Source of the DNA: a virus
Virus record (IMG/VR): IMGVR_UViG_3300037321_000063
Location: 5,850-69,849 of that record
DNA length: 64,000 bases
Strand: one strand, 5' to 3'
The notes beneath the pieces were generated by a model, which searched no databases, was not told where the DNA came from, and saw nothing but the letters and a program-made list of their open reading frames with translations. The position numbers and the translations under genes are program-made. Below are positions 1 to 9,025 of the stretch, one piece after another (positions within the stretch are counted from its first letter, which is position 1; every line of letters begins with the position of its first letter).

Positions 1-1377
1 CAGCCGCTTGTTAATTTCGCCAATCGATTTATCTCGATTTTCGCCAACTAATGCCAACGTATCTTCATCTGGATTTTTAAGATTATCTCGACCACCCAAA
101 AAACCTACTATACTGTCTAACATAGAATCCATCGTACTTGTAATGCTGAACAATAAATTGGATATACTATCAGCAATAAACGTGATAGTATCAGTTATAC
201 CTTTAACCGCATCAAATATAGCGACACCTATCATAGTACCTAGATCCTTAAATATATCTGGATTACCAAATATACCGCCAATCAAATTACCTATAGTTTC
301 ACCAATTTTTACAAATACGCCAAGTATAATCTTGCCAAATTCTTCACCATAATTTTCCCACAGCTCGCCAAACAGCTTCGGTAGATCCTTAAATATACCG
401 CCAATCAAATTACCTATAGTTTCACCAATTTTTACAAATACGCCAAGTATAATCTTGCCAAATTCTTCACCATAATTTTCCCACAGCTCGCCAAACAGCT
501 TCGGTAGGTCGTTTAATCTTTCACCGATGTTCCATTCATCCCACTTTTTATATAAGAATGCGAGTCCAGCTATTAATGCAATTATAGCTAACGTTAATGG
601 ATTTAATAGAAATGCACCCAATGCACCAAGTAACAATGAGGTTTTAATAGTTACAGCCATTCTCGCTAAAAATCCACTAAACATGCCAAGTAAACCAGTG
701 CGCGCTTGTTCCGCTGTTTCTGTTTCTGAATCTGATGTATCACCCATTAATTTATCACTAGCTTTATCTTGGACATCATCGGATTTTTTATCTGACCATA
801 TATCCAATAATCCAGCGGTATTTTCTTCTATCTTAGTTAACATATCCATTTGTTCTGAGCCAGAACTACCCATTGAATCACCCAATTCACTAGCCGGTGA
901 TCCGCTATCCAATAAATCAACTTCACCACCAGTTAAAGAGGGTAGTAATTTACCAACAATACCGATTGCAGATTTACCAAAACCCTTTAAGAAACTGAAT
1001 AGAGGGTTATTTGTTATTTGACCAAGTACGTCACCAAATATACCTTCTACGCCAGATCTCAGATCACCTAAACCATCTTTAATATTGAATATACCTTCTA
1101 CGCCAGATTTCAGATCACCGAAACCATCTTTAATATTGGTAACAAATGTATCTCTGTATTTTTCTAACTTAGACCTATTTGCTTTCAATGCATCGTTAGA
1201 TTCAGTGGCTAGTCTGTTATAAGATTCAGTTAATGCTTCTGGAATTGCCATACCACTTTCTTGTAGGGCATTTATCCTATCTCTTAACTGTCTCATTGTT
1301 TTTATGGATGTGGCTTTATTTGACCGTTCTAATTTAGCCAATACACCAGATACACCACCGTCATTATCTTCTAGCAT
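1..1377 (-). CDS. tape measure / baseplate hub protein (gp29-like), 3' end runs off the window
   Basis: Not in ORF track. Read manually from ATG at 1377 (MLEDNDGGVSGVLAKLERS...), open to position 1. Helical, has a hydrophobic segment (LLLGALGAFLLNPLTLAIIALIAGLAFLY) and internal repeats, and follows gp26/gp51. Confidence 0.7.
   Translation of the reverse strand, partial: MLEDNDGGVSGVLAKLERSNKATSIKTMRQLRDRINALQESGMAIPEALTESYNRLATESNDALKANRSKLEKYRDTFVTNIKDGFGDLKSGVEGIFNIKDGLGDLRSGVEGIFGDVLGQITNNPLFSFLKGFGKSAIGIVGKLLPSLTGGEVDLLDSGSPASELGDSMGSSGSEQMDMLTKIEENTAGLLDIWSDKKSDDVQDKASDKLMGDTSDSETETAEQARTGLLGMFSGFLARMAVTIKTSLLLGALGAFLLNPLTLAIIALIAGLAFLYKKWDEWNIGERLNDLPKLFGELWENYGEEFGKIILGVFVKIGETIGNLIGGIFKDLPKLFGELWENYGEEFGKIILGVFVKIGETIGNLIGGIFGNPDIFKDLGTMIGVAIFDAVKGITDTITFIADSISNLLFSITSTMDSMLDSIVGFLGGRDNLKNPDEDTLALVGENRDKSIGEINKRL
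268..507. repeat. tandem duplication, 123-bp period (41 aa), inside tape measure gene
   Basis: 268-384 is identical to 391-507; encodes DLPKLFGELWENYGEEFGKIILGVFVKIGETIGNLIGGIF twice. Confidence 0.95.
1037..1138. repeat. tandem duplication, 51-bp period (17 aa), inside tape measure gene
   Basis: NIKDGFGDLKSGVEGIF followed by NIKDGLGDLRSGVEGIF. Confidence 0.9.
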
Positions 1378-1540
1378 TTTTTGATTCCTGTTCTCGTTTT
1401 TTATCCAGTTCTTTTATTTGCATTATATAAATTACTCGCTCCCAAGGTAACATCTGCTCTATTTCTGGGATGGAATATTTATAATACTCCTTCATATTAA
1501 AGTTCATTCGGTAATACTCTTCAATAGAGTCATTGATCAT
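1364..1540 (-). CDS. gp51: baseplate hub assembly catalyst gp51 (58 aa)
   Basis: Manual translation MINDSIEEYYRMNFNMKEYYKYSIPEIEQMLPWERVIYIMQI...; YY.NF...KYS..EIE.M.PWER motif; ATGA overlap with gp26. Confidence 0.85.
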   Translation of the reverse strand: MINDSIEEYYRMNFNMKEYYKYSIPEIEQMLPWERVIYIMQIKELDKKREQESKNARR

Positions 1541-2244
1541 AAGGATTCGAAAAAATTTGAAACCCCTTTGATATGCACCGTTTCCTTATGACCGCAATTT
1601 TTGCATTCATATCCAGTGTACAGTTCGATTCTTGGGATCTCTTTAACGTAATTGCTGATCTCTAATAGCTGTTCGATACTAACAGATTCAATCATCTGCT
1701 TTGCTTCATCTTTAGTGAAATCGACTCCGGCTATCATTACTTGATTGTCACTAGTTACCGATTTAATACATACGCCGATAATAGCTAATGTGGAATCCAT
1801 TTCATTTCCTGTACTATCAGTAACTTCAAGGAAGTCTTTAAATGTTGGGCTACCTATAACTATATCAACGCCACTAAATGAAAATATCTTATCATCAAAG
1901 GCAGTGTTAGAAGATTTAATATTTTCCAGATTAATAGGCACTGGATTAACTGTCTCACACTTCGTACAATTAACTTTAAGCATGAATGCTTGTTTTGCTG
2001 TAGATGATGCATGTAACTGAATAAACAAGTACTCAATGTCACACAGTTCCAGATCAGTGACATTTACGCTATCCATTACACAGTTTGATAATACTTGTAT
2101 AATAGCCGTTGGCATATTCGCTGGTGACTCTTTTGCAATCATTAAAATTTTATATTCACTCATAACCATCGAACGCATCTTGATAACTTTACCGCTTGGC
2201 AATTTTACGTCAAAATGTGGGCTACTTAAAATTGGTAAACTCAT
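1537..2244 (-). CDS. gp26: baseplate hub subunit gp26-like
   Basis: MSLP..P...KLPSG N-terminus, DIEYLFIQL, two CxxC pairs; next to gp51. Confidence 0.85.
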   Translation of the reverse strand: MSLPILSSPHFDVKLPSGKVIKMRSMVMSEYKILMIAKESPANMPTAIIQVLSNCVMDSVNVTDLELCDIEYLFIQLHASSTAKQAFMLKVNCTKCETVNPVPINLENIKSSNTAFDDKIFSFSGVDIVIGSPTFKDFLEVTDSTGNEMDSTLAIIGVCIKSVTSDNQVMIAGVDFTKDEAKQMIESVSIEQLLEISNYVKEIPRIELYTGYECKNCGHKETVHIKGVSNFFESL

Positions 2245-2264
2245 TTCAAAATTCCTCTTATATA

Positions 2265-2924
2265 TTAATTTTTATTTATCATATCAACTAAACTAGCTGG
2301 ATTCGCATCTAGTGTGGTTGACCATCTGTATGTGAATTCTACGTCATAGACCATAACTTCGTTATTATTATCAAAACTTAATGCAATTGCACCAAGACTA
2401 CTAGGATAACATTCATGAAAATAGGTTAACGATGTTGGTACACCTTTCCTATTGTATTGATATACGTAAATTCCAGTGACATATTCATCATAATATCCAA
2501 CCAAACCAGTTTGTCTATCAACAATGGAATTCTGCCAATCTTCAAAAAATATTCTATTTGATTGATCGGTATCCGCATAGAATGTTAATGTGAATGGTGC
2601 GAATGTATTATATTTAGGAACGTTTTTAAACGGCTTTATCGATTGATTAACTTCGGTTTCGAGTGATGTACCCGATAGATTCGCACCCTTACAAAGTAAT
2701 CCCAAATCGTAAAAATCTCTTTTAGCTAACTGTTTAGCAGTTCCTATTGCCGCACCCAAACTACCGAATGATGTATCACCCTGAAATAGCTTATCGTTTT
2801 TATCAGCCAATACCTTATAGATAATAGCTGGGTTAATCTGCACCCTAAACAAGTTAGTTCTTGCTAGGTCAGATTCGTTAATTTTTGCTTTAAACTGACT
2901 CATATCTATATTAAATGGATTCAT
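2265..2924 (-). CDS. gp54: baseplate tail-tube initiator gp54 (gp19 fold)
   Basis: DLARTNLF, LTFYAD, FEDWQN, YYDEY, ECYP...VEFTYR motifs. Confidence 0.8.
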   Translation of the reverse strand: MNPFNIDMSQFKAKINESDLARTNLFRVQINPAIIYKVLADKNDKLFQGDTSFGSLGAAIGTAKQLAKRDFYDLGLLCKGANLSGTSLETEVNQSIKPFKNVPKYNTFAPFTLTFYADTDQSNRIFFEDWQNSIVDRQTGLVGYYDEYVTGIYVYQYNRKGVPTSLTYFHECYPSSLGAIALSFDNNNEVMVYDVEFTYRWSTTLDANPASLVDMINKN

Positions 2925-2925
2925 A

Positions 2926-3510
2926 TTACCCTCTACTATCCTTCCAAACTTTACGTGAACTATATCTTTTATTATTTACAACAAATTGCTGTGTTGGCAA
3001 GTATATTGCATTCACCCATTCATTAGGTGGAATAGCCGAAATATTACTTCTAACCTGAGTAAGTAGATACCGCTTGATCATATGTTCGCTGTATGGTATG
3101 CCTTTAACTTTAGCCCAATCAATTTTAAATATCGTATTGTTTCCGATTACTCTTGTATTCGTGTACTTCAGTATCTGCTCTAAAAATATTTCTCGTTGTT
3201 TAGGTGGAATATAATGTAAATTTAACCCTAACCAAGTTCCTTTGGATATATTACCCAGTAGAATGATCAGTGGGAATTTATCATAGTACGGTAATGTTTT
3301 TCTATGTTTAGCCAGATATACATACGTAACCATAGAACCAACTACAGGTTTACTTTTGGATTTATATTTCAGATCTTTAATCTTGGCAACAAACCATTTT
3401 TGAGACTTACTATTTTTATCAGCCTGTGAGTCACGTTTGTTCTTCCGCTTGTTAGCTCGGAATTGATCCAATAAGGATTCTTCCTCTTCCGTTGTTCTCT
3501 TAATCGCCAT
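2926..3510 (-). CDS. gp2: DNA end protector gp2
   Basis: AKHRKTLPYYDKFPLI, GLNLHYIPP, IKRYL, LPTQQF motifs. Confidence 0.93.
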   Translation of the reverse strand: MAIKRTTEEEESLLDQFRANKRKNKRDSQADKNSKSQKWFVAKIKDLKYKSKSKPVVGSMVTYVYLAKHRKTLPYYDKFPLIILLGNISKGTWLGLNLHYIPPKQREIFLEQILKYTNTRVIGNNTIFKIDWAKVKGIPYSEHMIKRYLLTQVRSNISAIPPNEWVNAIYLPTQQFVVNNKRYSSRKVWKDSRG

Positions 3511-3632
3511 TATTTATCTTCTTTAAAAAATTCATCAAATGTCGTATGTCCAACCGAAGTCGCAATTATATCCAGTTCGGTTATAATTATATCAAGATAT
3601 CTCATTATCTTATTAAAATCTGATTCACTCAT
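3510..3632 (-). CDS. small hypothetical protein (40 aa)
   Basis: Manual ORF MSESDFNKIMRYLDII... filling the gap between gp4 and gp2 with overlapping start and stop. Confidence 0.45.
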   Translation of the reverse strand: MSESDFNKIMRYLDIIITELDIIATSVGHTTFDEFFKEDK

Positions 3633-4075
3633 ACCTGTATCCCTAATCGACTTAGACCATGCTCGGTTAATATTACAAACTTAATACCCTTTTTAATGGA
3701 TGCATTATATGCCGCGAGCCATTTATCTTTATTCTTACTATAAGTTAATGCTTCATCCAATAGCCGCTTTTTATTTTTATTCTTGCCGCCTTTCGGTTCT
3801 TGAGTTTGTTTAAATGGCTTAACTTCAAACCAGAATTCTTGACCGCTATCATATTTGACCCAGAAGTCCATAAAATATCTATGCTTCTTACCGTCAGTAC
3901 TCCATACATAAGGAATAACGGTTTCTTCTGAGTTCCACCGGACAACCTTCGGATTATTATCCAAATGTATCATGAATTTTTGTTCCCAAGAAGAACGATA
4001 AGTAATTGCTTGAAAATTTCCTTTATACTTTGCATGGTTCTTTGGGACAAATTTACCTTTATATGTATTGTACAT
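3629..4075 (-). CDS. gp4: head completion nuclease gp4
   Basis: YKGKFVPKN..KYKG, YRSSWE, WNSEE, HRYFMDF, EVKP motifs; late promoter upstream. Confidence 0.95.
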   Translation of the reverse strand: MYNTYKGKFVPKNHAKYKGNFQAITYRSSWEQKFMIHLDNNPKVVRWNSEETVIPYVWSTDGKKHRYFMDFWVKYDSGQEFWFEVKPFKQTQEPKGGKNKNKKRLLDEALTYSKNKDKWLAAYNASIKKGIKFVILTEHGLSRLGIQV

Positions 4076-4079
4076 ACTA

Positions 4080-4087
4080 TATTTATA
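4080..4087 (-). promoter_or_regulatory. T4-type late promoter TATAAATA for gp4-gp2-gp54-gp26 operon
   Basis: Exact consensus 5 nt upstream of gp4 start; gp55 is encoded in the window. Confidence 0.85.
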
Positions 4088-4092
4088 CTCAC

Positions 4093-4118
4093 AAAAAAGC
4101 TAACACGAAGTTAGCTTA
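4093..4118 (-). terminator. intrinsic terminator
   Basis: AAGCTAAC-acgaa-GTTAGCTT hairpin, with a T-run on the minus strand. Confidence 0.7.
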
Positions 4119-4142
4119 TAAGTTATTTTAAGGTTTCAGTTT

Positions 4143-4328
4143 TTAATTATTTAAAATATCTGAAATATTAAGTGAGTCCACACTTAACAATTTATTATCT
4201 ACCCTTAATTTAACTATTAATTTAGTATCAGTACCACCAGCCATACTCATAGATTGATCTATATCCAATTCTACTTGCAGTTCTGAAAGCATATCGTATA
4301 CCATTATCTTAACGTCATTTTCAGTCAT
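4143..4328 (-). CDS. hypothetical protein
   Basis: ORF in tightly packed minus-strand accessory cluster. Confidence 0.6.
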   Translation of the reverse strand: MTENDVKIMVYDMLSELQVELDIDQSMSMAGGTDTKLIVKLRVDNKLLSVDSLNISDILNN

Positions 4329-4625
4329 TTACTCGACTCCCTTTTTAGTTTTATAGTAGTCAAAATCATTTTCATCAATGATCGGAATTATTTCATCTTC
4401 ATTAGCGGCTAATAACTCCTGTTCGATAACATAACGGCTTTTGTCAACGTCCTCGACAAATCCTAAAGCATTGGCAATTTCTATCTTTAGAAGCGCATTC
4501 GCGCGCTCTAATAGAAGGATTCGGTTCTCGGCTATAATCAATTGATCTGTCCTAAAATTATCGAGTTCTTGTAATGATTTTTCGTAATCATTACTTGCTT
4601 TGGTAACACATGCAAATTCGCGCAT
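4329..4625 (-). CDS. hypothetical protein (coiled coil)
   Basis: Abutting ORF in the cluster. Confidence 0.6.
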   Translation of the reverse strand: MREFACVTKASNDYEKSLQELDNFRTDQLIIAENRILLLERANALLKIEIANALGFVEDVDKSRYVIEQELLAANEDEIIPIIDENDFDYYKTKKGVE

Positions 4626-5005
4626 TATTCTGAGTCCTTACGTTCTAGTCGCATTCTAAGTATCTTTATGTGAGCATTATTTACTACAGCTAAGTTCTGC
4701 GCTTTTTTAGCATCTTCAACATAATTATATATCTGCTGTTCTTGCTCTATGACCTTATTAGTTAATTCGTCATTCAAGTCTTTGTAATTAATTGGTGTAG
4801 GATCTGGTATAACTTTAAACTTGAATTCATGATGCGCATGATGATCCCAGAAATGTTTCACACTCACGTATGATTGAGTTTCTGGCATATCGTGGACCGC
4901 AAATACCATACCTTCGCTATTTGAAAATTTGCATATAACAGTGTACTTGCCATAACTTATATGCTCACATATTGTCGGGAACACTTTACCATTCCATATT
5001 TTCAT
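4625..5005 (-). CDS. hypothetical protein
   Basis: Overlapping stop/start with neighbours; AAGGA RBS. Confidence 0.65.
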   Translation of the reverse strand: MKIWNGKVFPTICEHISYGKYTVICKFSNSEGMVFAVHDMPETQSYVSVKHFWDHHAHHEFKFKVIPDPTPINYKDLNDELTNKVIEQEQQIYNYVEDAKKAQNLAVVNNAHIKILRMRLERKDSE

Positions 5006-5175
5006 AATATATTTCCTTCGATTTGTGATTTTAATTTAACACGCCTAACTAAGTATTCTTCTACAGTTATACCATTACCTGTACGTATGAGCAAATAGTC
5101 TTTTTCTAATTCCTCGGCGGTGACTGTAGAAAATAGTTCATCGGCGGCGGCTAAACTTTTATCATATATGTTCAT
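5002..5175 (-). CDS. hypothetical protein (57 aa)
   Basis: Manual ORF MNIYDKSLAAADELFSTVTAEELEK...; ATGA overlaps at both ends. Confidence 0.55.
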   Translation of the reverse strand: MNIYDKSLAAADELFSTVTAEELEKDYLLIRTGNGITVEEYLVRRVKLKSQIEGNIL

Positions 5176-5357
5176 AAATCAACCCAACTAATATAAAGTA
5201 TAGAACCTATCACAGTTGATCCTTTCTTGTCAATATAATCTGCATAGGTAACATTGGCACGATAACCACCGCGCGCCGTATACGGTTCTGTATATTTTTT
5301 AATCAATTTGTTACCAGCACGAAATGGTATTGGCAAATATGGTTTAATAGATGCCAT
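5172..5357 (-). CDS. hypothetical protein
   Basis: ORF in the cluster. Confidence 0.55.
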   Translation of the reverse strand: MASIKPYLPIPFRAGNKLIKKYTEPYTARGGYRANVTYADYIDKKGSTVIGSILYISWVDL

Positions 5358-5670
5358 TTGTATTTACCCATTCACGATATTCTGATAGGTCAACATAACC
5401 GTAACTTATGATACCAACATCTACCGAATTGGAACGTTTCACTTCATTAAAACCCTGTAGGCTGTTTTTAACGATAGATGAACACATTGCTGGAATGACA
5501 TAGGCAACCTCTGGATAGCCACCATTAGCATCTGGTACATTGTCAGTAAAGAAATGGACGGATGAAATTTCATGTTGATGTGGGGTATCGTAATTTTTGG
5601 CAATTGAAAAGTGCGTTACATTCAACGCTATCAATCGGTCTAACATTTTTGAATTTACATAACCTAGCAT
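5344..5670 (-). CDS. hypothetical protein
   Basis: ORF with GAGGA RBS. Confidence 0.65.
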   Translation of the reverse strand: MLGYVNSKMLDRLIALNVTHFSIAKNYDTPHQHEISSVHFFTDNVPDANGGYPEVAYVIPAMCSSIVKNSLQGFNEVKRSNSVDVGIISYGYVDLSEYREWVNTNGIY

Positions 5671-5686
5671 AATATATTCCTCTAAT

Positions 5687-5881
5687 TTATTTGTTCAGGT
5701 ATAAACCGAATGAGTTCGGGATATCAACACCATTGAACTGATCTGGTGCGCTCATAGTTCTAAGGACACCATTAACTAGCGCCGCTGGATTGCCATACTT
5801 ATCCGACTTTAGTTCTCTTACGATGTTTCGTGTGGTCGATGTCATATCGGTTGACGTATGGATTGCGACTTTAATTTTCAT
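5687..5881 (-). CDS. hypothetical early protein (start reassigned to MKIKVAIH)
   Basis: ATG at 5881 lies just downstream of a sigma70-like promoter and AGAG RBS. Confidence 0.6.
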   Translation of the reverse strand: MKIKVAIHTSTDMTSTTRNIVRELKSDKYGNPAALVNGVLRTMSAPDQFNGVDIPNSFGLYLNK

Positions 5882-5904
5882 AATATATTGTCTCTGTAAG
5901 AACT

Positions 5905-5941
5905 GAATACCTATATTAATCGCTAATACAGATATTGTCAA
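5905..5941 (-). promoter_or_regulatory. sigma70-type early promoter with AGGTAYTC start-site motif
   Basis: TTGACA-17-TAATAT-AGGTATTC. Confidence 0.7.
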
Positions 5942-5945
5942 GGAT

Positions 5946-6548
5946 TTATTTTTTTTCAAAAACTAGAAAGTAAGAGTGAAACTTTCTAGCATGTTTTTGG
6001 TTTTTATGATTGTGACCTATAATTCTATTTTTAGCTAATAAAACAAAAATATCCTTTGTATAAAATCCAAGCCTTTCAGCTTCATTTATTATATGAATAT
6101 GAGAAAAGAACTGTTTGCCAGCACTAACCGTATCTTGACATTTGAATATTAAAACACCTTTTTTATTTAAAATCCTATGGAATTCTTCTAAGCATTCGTC
6201 ATACCAAGACCAAACATCCCGCATGTATCTGAATCCATGAAATCTTTCACCCATAATACCTGTAGGCTTATCTTTTGTATAACCCGCAAGAAAAGGTGGA
6301 TCAAACATAATATTTGATATTGAACAATCTTTAAAATCAAGGTCGTTAGCATTAAATTTCAATGTGTCATTAGTTTGTGGGTATAGATCAGATTTATGAA
6401 GGGGTTGATTTATACCTGATTTTTTATAAAAATTACCTTTTGAGTATGTGGGATCAAGATTTATATTCTCACCTTTTAAGTGTAATTTAATGATGTTTTT
6501 TATAATGTCTTGTTGACTGTAACTTATTGTAGATATAATTTCATTCAT
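5946..6548 (-). CDS. DNA amino-methyltransferase (DPPF motif)
   Basis: LDPTYSKGNF SAM-binding-like motif, MFDPPF catalytic motif, RILNKKGVLIFKCQD, HARKFHSYFLVF. Confidence 0.8.
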   Translation of the reverse strand: MNEIISTISYSQQDIIKNIIKLHLKGENINLDPTYSKGNFYKKSGINQPLHKSDLYPQTNDTLKFNANDLDFKDCSISNIMFDPPFLAGYTKDKPTGIMGERFHGFRYMRDVWSWYDECLEEFHRILNKKGVLIFKCQDTVSAGKQFFSHIHIINEAERLGFYTKDIFVLLAKNRIIGHNHKNQKHARKFHSYFLVFEKK

Positions 6549-6760
6549 TAGTTTATTTCATGTGGTGGCATGAGCAGTACAGTTCCTACCGGATAATAAT
6601 CATGCGCACCCATATCTGGATATTCCAGTGAATTCAGTCTTGCAATTTCTACCCATAGATAAACGTCACCCAATGCACGTAATGCAATACCTGATACAGA
6701 TTTGGCGGCGTGTGTTCTGTAGGTATTACTAGCCCAAGTTTTATAATCTTTAGTACTCAT
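6548..6760 (-). CDS. small LysM-like protein
   Basis: SVSGIALRALGDVYLWVEIARLNSL...VGTVLLMP fits the LysM pattern. Confidence 0.6.
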   Translation of the reverse strand: MSTKDYKTWASNTYRTHAAKSVSGIALRALGDVYLWVEIARLNSLEYPDMGAHDYYPVGTVLLMPPHEIN

Positions 6761-6772
6761 ATTTTCATCCTA

Positions 6773-7201
6773 TTATTCAAAGTAAATACGTTTGCAATAT
6801 TTTTCTTTTCTTGATGCGAGATAGGATTTAATTAATCCATCTTCATCGGTTGATGGTGTATCAGCATGAAATTTACGCCTAATAATCTCACCTAACCATA
6901 TACCCAATGCAACGTATGATAACATACCAAAAAATACACTAAGTCCCAATATTGAATCAGTATCGTATTCAATTACCAAAAATACCCAAAGGGGAAATGT
7001 AACCAAACCACTAATTAATAATAAAGCAATAACAAGCGCCGCCGCCGCCGCGCCGCCGCCAAAGAATATAAACAATAAAGGTATTACCGTAACTGCATTA
7101 ACAACTTGCCAAAAGTATATACACAAATTACTTTTTGGGCGTATACTTAACTTCATTAGCCATTTATAATGCCATGCGCTCTTTTTAATTTTCATATTCA
7201 T
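6773..7201 (-). CDS. membrane protein
   Basis: Several hydrophobic segments; NLCIYFW and KYCKRIYFE terminal motifs. Confidence 0.7.
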   Translation of the reverse strand: MNMKIKKSAWHYKWLMKLSIRPKSNLCIYFWQVVNAVTVIPLLFIFFGGGAAAAALVIALLLISGLVTFPLWVFLVIEYDTDSILGLSVFFGMLSYVALGIWLGEIIRRKFHADTPSTDEDGLIKSYLASRKEKYCKRIYFE

Positions 7202-7227
7202 CTTATGTTCCTATTCTGTTGGAAATG

Positions 7228-7380
7228 TCAATCACTGACATCTTGAAAGTCTTCGGCAAGCTCTATGTGATCCCACTCTAACCCTTTAGCTCTATGGGCT
7301 GTAGTGATTATTATGTCAGCATCGACCACCAGCTGTTTGCCTTTGTAATACTTAACCTTGTCTTGCTGTACTGTATTCAT
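7228..7380 (-). CDS. 50-aa ORF carrying only a UvrD/SF1 helicase C-terminal motif (fragment)
   Basis: Manual translation MNTVQQDKVKYYKGKQLVVDADIIITTAHRAKGLEWDHIELAEDFQDVSD; AGGT RBS. Confidence 0.55.
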   Translation of the reverse strand: MNTVQQDKVKYYKGKQLVVDADIIITTAHRAKGLEWDHIELAEDFQDVSD

Positions 7381-7449
7381 AATCTACCTGTTATATTATT
7401 CGTATTACTAAATATGGTATCCATCTTATACTATTCAAAATATAAAGTA

Positions 7450-7457
7450 TATAAATA
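7450..7457 (+). promoter_or_regulatory. late promoter TATAAATA for baseplate operon
   Basis: Exact consensus upstream of gp48 (GAGGA RBS). Confidence 0.85.
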
Positions 7458-7481
7458 ATTTATATAAATCGAGGAATGTAA

Positions 7482-8468
7482 ATGTTACCCAATGTAGAAC
7501 CGACCCCAACTGACGAAGAACCTAAGATATGGGACAAAACTAAAAATGATCATAAAACGGCTATAAGTTACCCTCAAGATGTAGAAACATCAAGAAGTAA
7601 TACATCTTTTTTATCATTTTATGCTGTTCAGCCATTCTCATATTTTGAAATGCACGGCGAAAAAGATGGTAATGCTAAAACTGTAGCTGATAGTTGGAAG
7701 AGATTTAAAACTGAATCACTAGCAAAAGAATTTGATGGTGAAAAAACAGATTCAATTATCCATTTGTATATGCCAAATCTATTGGTAAACACTGCACATG
7801 AATATAACGACACTGCAATGTCTTGGGCTAAGAATATTACCGATGCGGTTGATGCAACTGTAAAAGGTTATAACGATAATGGAAAGGGTATCGATGGTGC
7901 TGGGGTTGGGCTTGAAGAATTGGTTAAATCTGGATTAGGTACACTACAAAAGAACGTACTGTCACTATTTGACAAAGCCGCCGGTGGTGCATTTGAACAA
8001 GCAACCGGTAATGTCGTGAATCCTAAAGCCACAACACTGTACAAAGGTACTGCATTACGCACACAGACATTCACATTTCAATTCAAGCCTAGCAATTTAC
8101 AAGAGGTTGCGGTTACTCATGAAATAATTAAACGATTTAGGGGTTTTTCCAGTGCATCAATAACGGCTGGTAATGTCGGATTTTCAGCCGTAGGAAAGAA
8201 GTCTGATTTTTTGAAGATACCACATTTCTGGTACTTGGAAGAAAAGTTGGCTAATACGAAAGCGGGGTATGCGACACCTAATCGAGATTTATTTAAATTT
8301 GGTCCAGCTGTACTAACCAATGTTCGAACAAACTATACACCCGATCAATATTGGATAATGTTTAAATCCGGTGATCCTGTCAACGTGGAAATGGAATTAT
8401 CATTTACTGAATTAATTGCATTAACCAGAGAAGATATTATGCCTAGCAATGGAGGTTTCAGTTTATGA
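7482..8468 (+). CDS. gp48: baseplate tail-tube cap gp48
   Basis: IHLYMP, VVNP, RTQTFTFQFKP, EIIKRF, FGPAVLTNVRTNYTPD, MELSFTE motifs. Confidence 0.88.
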   Translation: MLPNVEPTPTDEEPKIWDKTKNDHKTAISYPQDVETSRSNTSFLSFYAVQPFSYFEMHGEKDGNAKTVADSWKRFKTESLAKEFDGEKTDSIIHLYMPNLLVNTAHEYNDTAMSWAKNITDAVDATVKGYNDNGKGIDGAGVGLEELVKSGLGTLQKNVLSLFDKAAGGAFEQATGNVVNPKATTLYKGTALRTQTFTFQFKPSNLQEVAVTHEIIKRFRGFSSASITAGNVGFSAVGKKSDFLKIPHFWYLEEKLANTKAGYATPNRDLFKFGPAVLTNVRTNYTPDQYWIMFKSGDPVNVEMELSFTELIALTREDIMPSNGGFSL

Positions 8469-9025
8469 TATTAAAAGAATTCGTTAAAGTTGATTATGAT
8501 GGTGCGCGCGTAGCTGATATTTTTCGCCCATTATCATTCTACAGTGACCAGATAAAGGATAGTTTCATATTCAGTAGTATGAGTATATCGGGTGATGAAA
8601 GACCTGAGTTGTTGGCATTCACGAACGGCGGCAATCCTGAAATGACTTGGCTGTATTTACTCACCAATAATGTCACTGATCCATTTTGGGGATGGGTTGC
8701 CAATGAAACAGCCGTCAGAGAATTGACTATTAGACGTTATGATGATCCTGAAGCAATTCATCATCATCTGAATGTAGCTACTAAAGAAATATGGTATGAC
8801 CTAGTTGAAGATTCAGAAAACTCCGGTACTTATTATGATGTGGGTGATACTGCAAAAGAACGTATTGCCGCACAAGGAAATTTCATACCAGTAACTAACT
8901 ACGAATATGAATTGCAAATCAATGAGTCAAAAAGAAATGTACAAGCATTAACGTCTGGTAGTTTCCTGAATTTTGATAGAATGATGAAGCAAGTTATTAA
9001 AGAGAGTGTCGATGTCAATAAATAA
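8465..9025 (+). CDS. gp53: baseplate wedge gp53
   Basis: DERPELLA, W..LLTNNVTDPFWGW, HHH, PVTNYEYE..INESKR motifs. Confidence 0.9.
   Translation: MILKEFVKVDYDGARVADIFRPLSFYSDQIKDSFIFSSMSISGDERPELLAFTNGGNPEMTWLYLLTNNVTDPFWGWVANETAVRELTIRRYDDPEAIHHHLNVATKEIWYDLVEDSENSGTYYDVGDTAKERIAAQGNFIPVTNYEYELQINESKRNVQALTSGSFLNFDRMMKQVIKESVDVNK

Noticed and set aside
8-1021. Plus-strand ORFs 8-352 and 527-1021
   Set aside because: Antisense shadows of the minus-strand tape measure gene.
7036-7060. GCC microsatellite as a contingency locus
   Set aside because: Encodes Gly/Ala in a membrane segment and is explained by GCWGC avoidance.
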